DNA of 64,000 nucleotides from Planctomycetota bacterium (lineage in GTDB: Bacteria; Planctomycetota; B15-G4; JADJEK01), in assembly GCA_044225365.1 (NCBI GenBank), contig JBGAIQ010000001.1:192001-256000 (forward strand), read 5' to 3'. A program made the translations under genes and the position numbers. Numbering within the stretch: the first letter of the stretch is position 1; every line of letters starts with the position of its first letter. Shown in pieces: positions 61,833 through 64,000 of the stretch. Below the pieces are notes generated by a model. It saw only the letters and a list, made by a program, of their open reading frames with translations. It did not search any database and was not told the origin of the DNA.

Positions 61833-63104
61833 ATGCTCGATCTTCGATTCATTCGCGAGAACGCCGACGCGATCCGCGCCGGCGCCAAGAAGAAGCGTAT
61901 TCAAGTCGATCTCGATCGGCTTCTCGAGATCGACGCGGAGCAACGCACTGCGAGCTCGCGCGCCGACGAGATCCGCGCGAGCTTGAATTCGCGGGGCAAG
62001 GAGATCGCGAAGCTCCCGCCCGAGGAGCGCAGTCGCGCGGGCGCGGAACTCACGGCGTTGAAGGACGAGTTGAAGGTTCTCGAAGAGAAGCTGAAGGTCC
62101 TGGCCCCGGCGGTTCGGGAGCTGCAGCTTCGCGTTCCGAACATTCCTGCGGACGACGTGCCGGAGGGAAAGGACGACACGGAGAACGTCGAACGGCGAAA
62201 GGTCGGCGATCTACCCAAGTTCGACTTCGAACCCCTGGATCACGTCGAGATCGGCAAGCGACTCGGTCTCCTCGACATCGAACGCGGAGTGAAGGTCGCT
62301 GGTACTCGGAACTACTTCCTGACGGGGGACGGCGCGCTCCTCGAGCGCGCGATCCTGAACTTCGCTCTCGAGATGATGGTGAAGCGCGGGTACCGAATGC
62401 TCTCCGTGCCCGTGCTCGTGAAGTACGGCGCAATGGAGGGGACCGGCTACTTCCCGGGCGGTGAGGAGCAGGCCTACTCGATCGAGAAGGACGAGATGTT
62501 CCTCGTCGGTACGGCCGAAGTGCCGGTGACGTCGTTCCACTCGGACGAGATCCTCGAGGAGAGCGAACTTCCACGGAAGTACGTCGCGTGGTCGTACTGC
62601 TTCCGACGTGAAGCGGGTGCCGCGGGCAAGGACACGCGCGGGATCTATCGCATCCATCAGTTCCAGAAGGTCGAGCAGGTGGTGATCGGTCCTGCCGATC
62701 CCGAGTCTTCGAAGCGATATCACGCTGAGATCCTGCAGAATTCGGAGGACCTGCTGCAGGCGCTCGAATTGCCGTATCGAATCGTCGACGTCTGCGGCGG
62801 GGATCTCGGACTGTCGCAGGTCAAGAAGTACGATATCGAGACCTGGATGCCGTCGCGCAAGAGCTACAGCGAGACGCATTCGGCGTCGAGCTTCCACGAC
62901 TTCCAGGCACGCCGCCTGAAGCTCCGCTATCGCGATGCGAACAAGCAGACGAAGATCTGCTACACGCTCAACAACACCGTCGTGGCGTCCCCGCGCATCC
63001 TCATTCCGCTTCTCGAATGCCATCAGCGGAAGGACGGATCGGTGTACATCCCGAAGGCCCTGCGGCCGTACTTCATGGATCGGGCCGAGATTCGCCCGAT
63101 CTGA
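61833..63104 (+). CDS. serS: Serine--tRNA ligase
   Basis: MLDLRFIREN, GTAEVP, FRREAGAAG, HQFQKVE, TLNNT. Confidence 0.97.
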   Translation: MLDLRFIRENADAIRAGAKKKRIQVDLDRLLEIDAEQRTASSRADEIRASLNSRGKEIAKLPPEERSRAGAELTALKDELKVLEEKLKVLAPAVRELQLRVPNIPADDVPEGKDDTENVERRKVGDLPKFDFEPLDHVEIGKRLGLLDIERGVKVAGTRNYFLTGDGALLERAILNFALEMMVKRGYRMLSVPVLVKYGAMEGTGYFPGGEEQAYSIEKDEMFLVGTAEVPVTSFHSDEILEESELPRKYVAWSYCFRREAGAAGKDTRGIYRIHQFQKVEQVVIGPADPESSKRYHAEILQNSEDLLQALELPYRIVDVCGGDLGLSQVKKYDIETWMPSRKSYSETHSASSFHDFQARRLKLRYRDANKQTKICYTLNNTVVASPRILIPLLECHQRKDGSVYIPKALRPYFMDRAEIRPI

Positions 63105-63140
63105 TCTCGTGACGGCGGAGTGATTCGCCGCGCTCGAACG

Positions 63141-64000
63141 CTACTTCTTCGCGCCGCCGCCGCCCGAACCGACCCCGGTCGAGTGGCCACCCGTAGCCGT
63201 TCCGCCGGTACCGATGTTCGGCTTGCCGCCGCCGCCCTTGCCGCCGGTTCCGCCCTTGCCGCCGCCGCCCTTGCCGCCACCGCCCTTGCCGCCGCCGCCA
63301 GGACCGCCGAGTCCTCCAGAGGTATCGAGTGGGGCGGTCGGTGTTGCCGAGCGCACGGCCATTGCCGCAGCGTATTCGTCACCGAACGTGATGAAACGAC
63401 GACATGTGAAACGGCGGTGGATGAGTTCGTCCTGCGTGAACGTCGTGCTGCGATCTCGCGGCTCCACTTCGTAGTCGAGCGTGATCTCTACGGCGGCGGG
63501 CATGCTCGGATGGTCTTCCAGGTTCCACTTCTCTTCTTCCTTCGCGTCCTTGCCGCGCTGGTCGAAGTAGCGGATCTTGAAGCCGAGGACCTTGCGATAG
63601 AGCGGGATTCCCTCGCCGCCCTCGAGGGGTTCGTCGTCGACGAAGTAGTCCTCGCGTCGCCAGAGCGTCATGAAGTCGGCGTTGTTCTCGCCGTTCGCTC
63701 CGTTCTGCGACTGCGTCACCACGTAGCCGATCTCGTTGACGTCCGAGAACACGAGTTTGTCGTGCTCCTCGATACGGGTGGTCGACGGCGTGTAGGACAC
63801 GAGATGGATCTTGTCGGCGTCGCGGCCGTTGATGCGCTGGTTCTTCCCGACGAACACCTTGTGGAAGTCGAGATTCGCGGCGTAGAGGTGACGGATGTCG
63901 CGCTCGATCTGATCGAGAATGAGTGGTCCGATGCGCGCTCCTTCGACCTTGAGCTCGACCTGACGCTTGCCGTTGAGAGTGCCGAACAACACCCCGTAGA
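63141..64000 (-). CDS. GspJ/PulJ-like pseudopilin, 5-prime end beyond window
   Basis: Frame open to window edge (..YGVLFGTL), IERDI, EIGY, FKIRYFD..W..MPAAVEITL pattern; prepilin cleavage site not visible. Confidence 0.65.
   Translation of the reverse strand, partial: YGVLFGTLNGKRQVELKVEGARIGPLILDQIERDIRHLYAANLDFHKVFVGKNQRINGRDADKIHLVSYTPSTTRIEEHDKLVFSDVNEIGYVVTQSQNGANGENNADFMTLWRREDYFVDDEPLEGGEGIPLYRKVLGFKIRYFDQRGKDAKEEEKWNLEDHPSMPAAVEITLDYEVEPRDRSTTFTQDELIHRRFTCRRFITFGDEYAAAMAVRSATPTAPLDTSGGLGGPGGGGKGGGGKGGGGKGGTGGKGGGGKPNIGTGGTATGGHSTGVGSGGGGAKK
63222..63299 (-). repeat. Coding tandem repeat, five 15-18 bp units encoding GGGGK
   Basis: CTTGCCGCCGCCGCC-type units at 63222, 63237, 63255, 63270, 63285. 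Confidence 0.8.

Overview
High-GC (roughly two-thirds by eye) bacterial chromosomal segment, most plausibly from a Planctomycetota genome. That assignment is an inference from an H-X9-DG prepilin, exported HEAT/TPR proteins and LPS genes. The window is gene-dense and mostly housekeeping: rpsA, cmk, asnS, epmA, serS, uvrB, uvrC, xerD, secA, lspA, tatA, metK, pyk, sucCD, folD, dcd, and the LPS genes gmhA, gmhB, lpxH and waaA plus a Kdo/WaaP-like kinase. It also holds a GldA/F/G-DUF4340 ABC operon, scattered T2SS/type IV pilus-type genes and several exported hypothetical proteins. I see no rRNA, tRNA, CRISPR array, IS element or prophage. The best candidate for an undescribed system is the 13.0-15.5 kb locus. 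There a GspF/PilC gene is divergent from a catalytically dead GGDEF protein that keeps its RxxD c-di-GMP site, and a structured minus-strand RNA with an orphan terminator follows. Other notable points: a FolD with monofunctional/NAD-type substitutions, an ~88-aa insertion in SecA, an unknown-domain-REC fusion, a degenerate sulfatase and strong CGATCG over-representation. All product calls come from motif recognition by eye; no searches were run. Several start codons were moved from the ORF track and remain uncertain.
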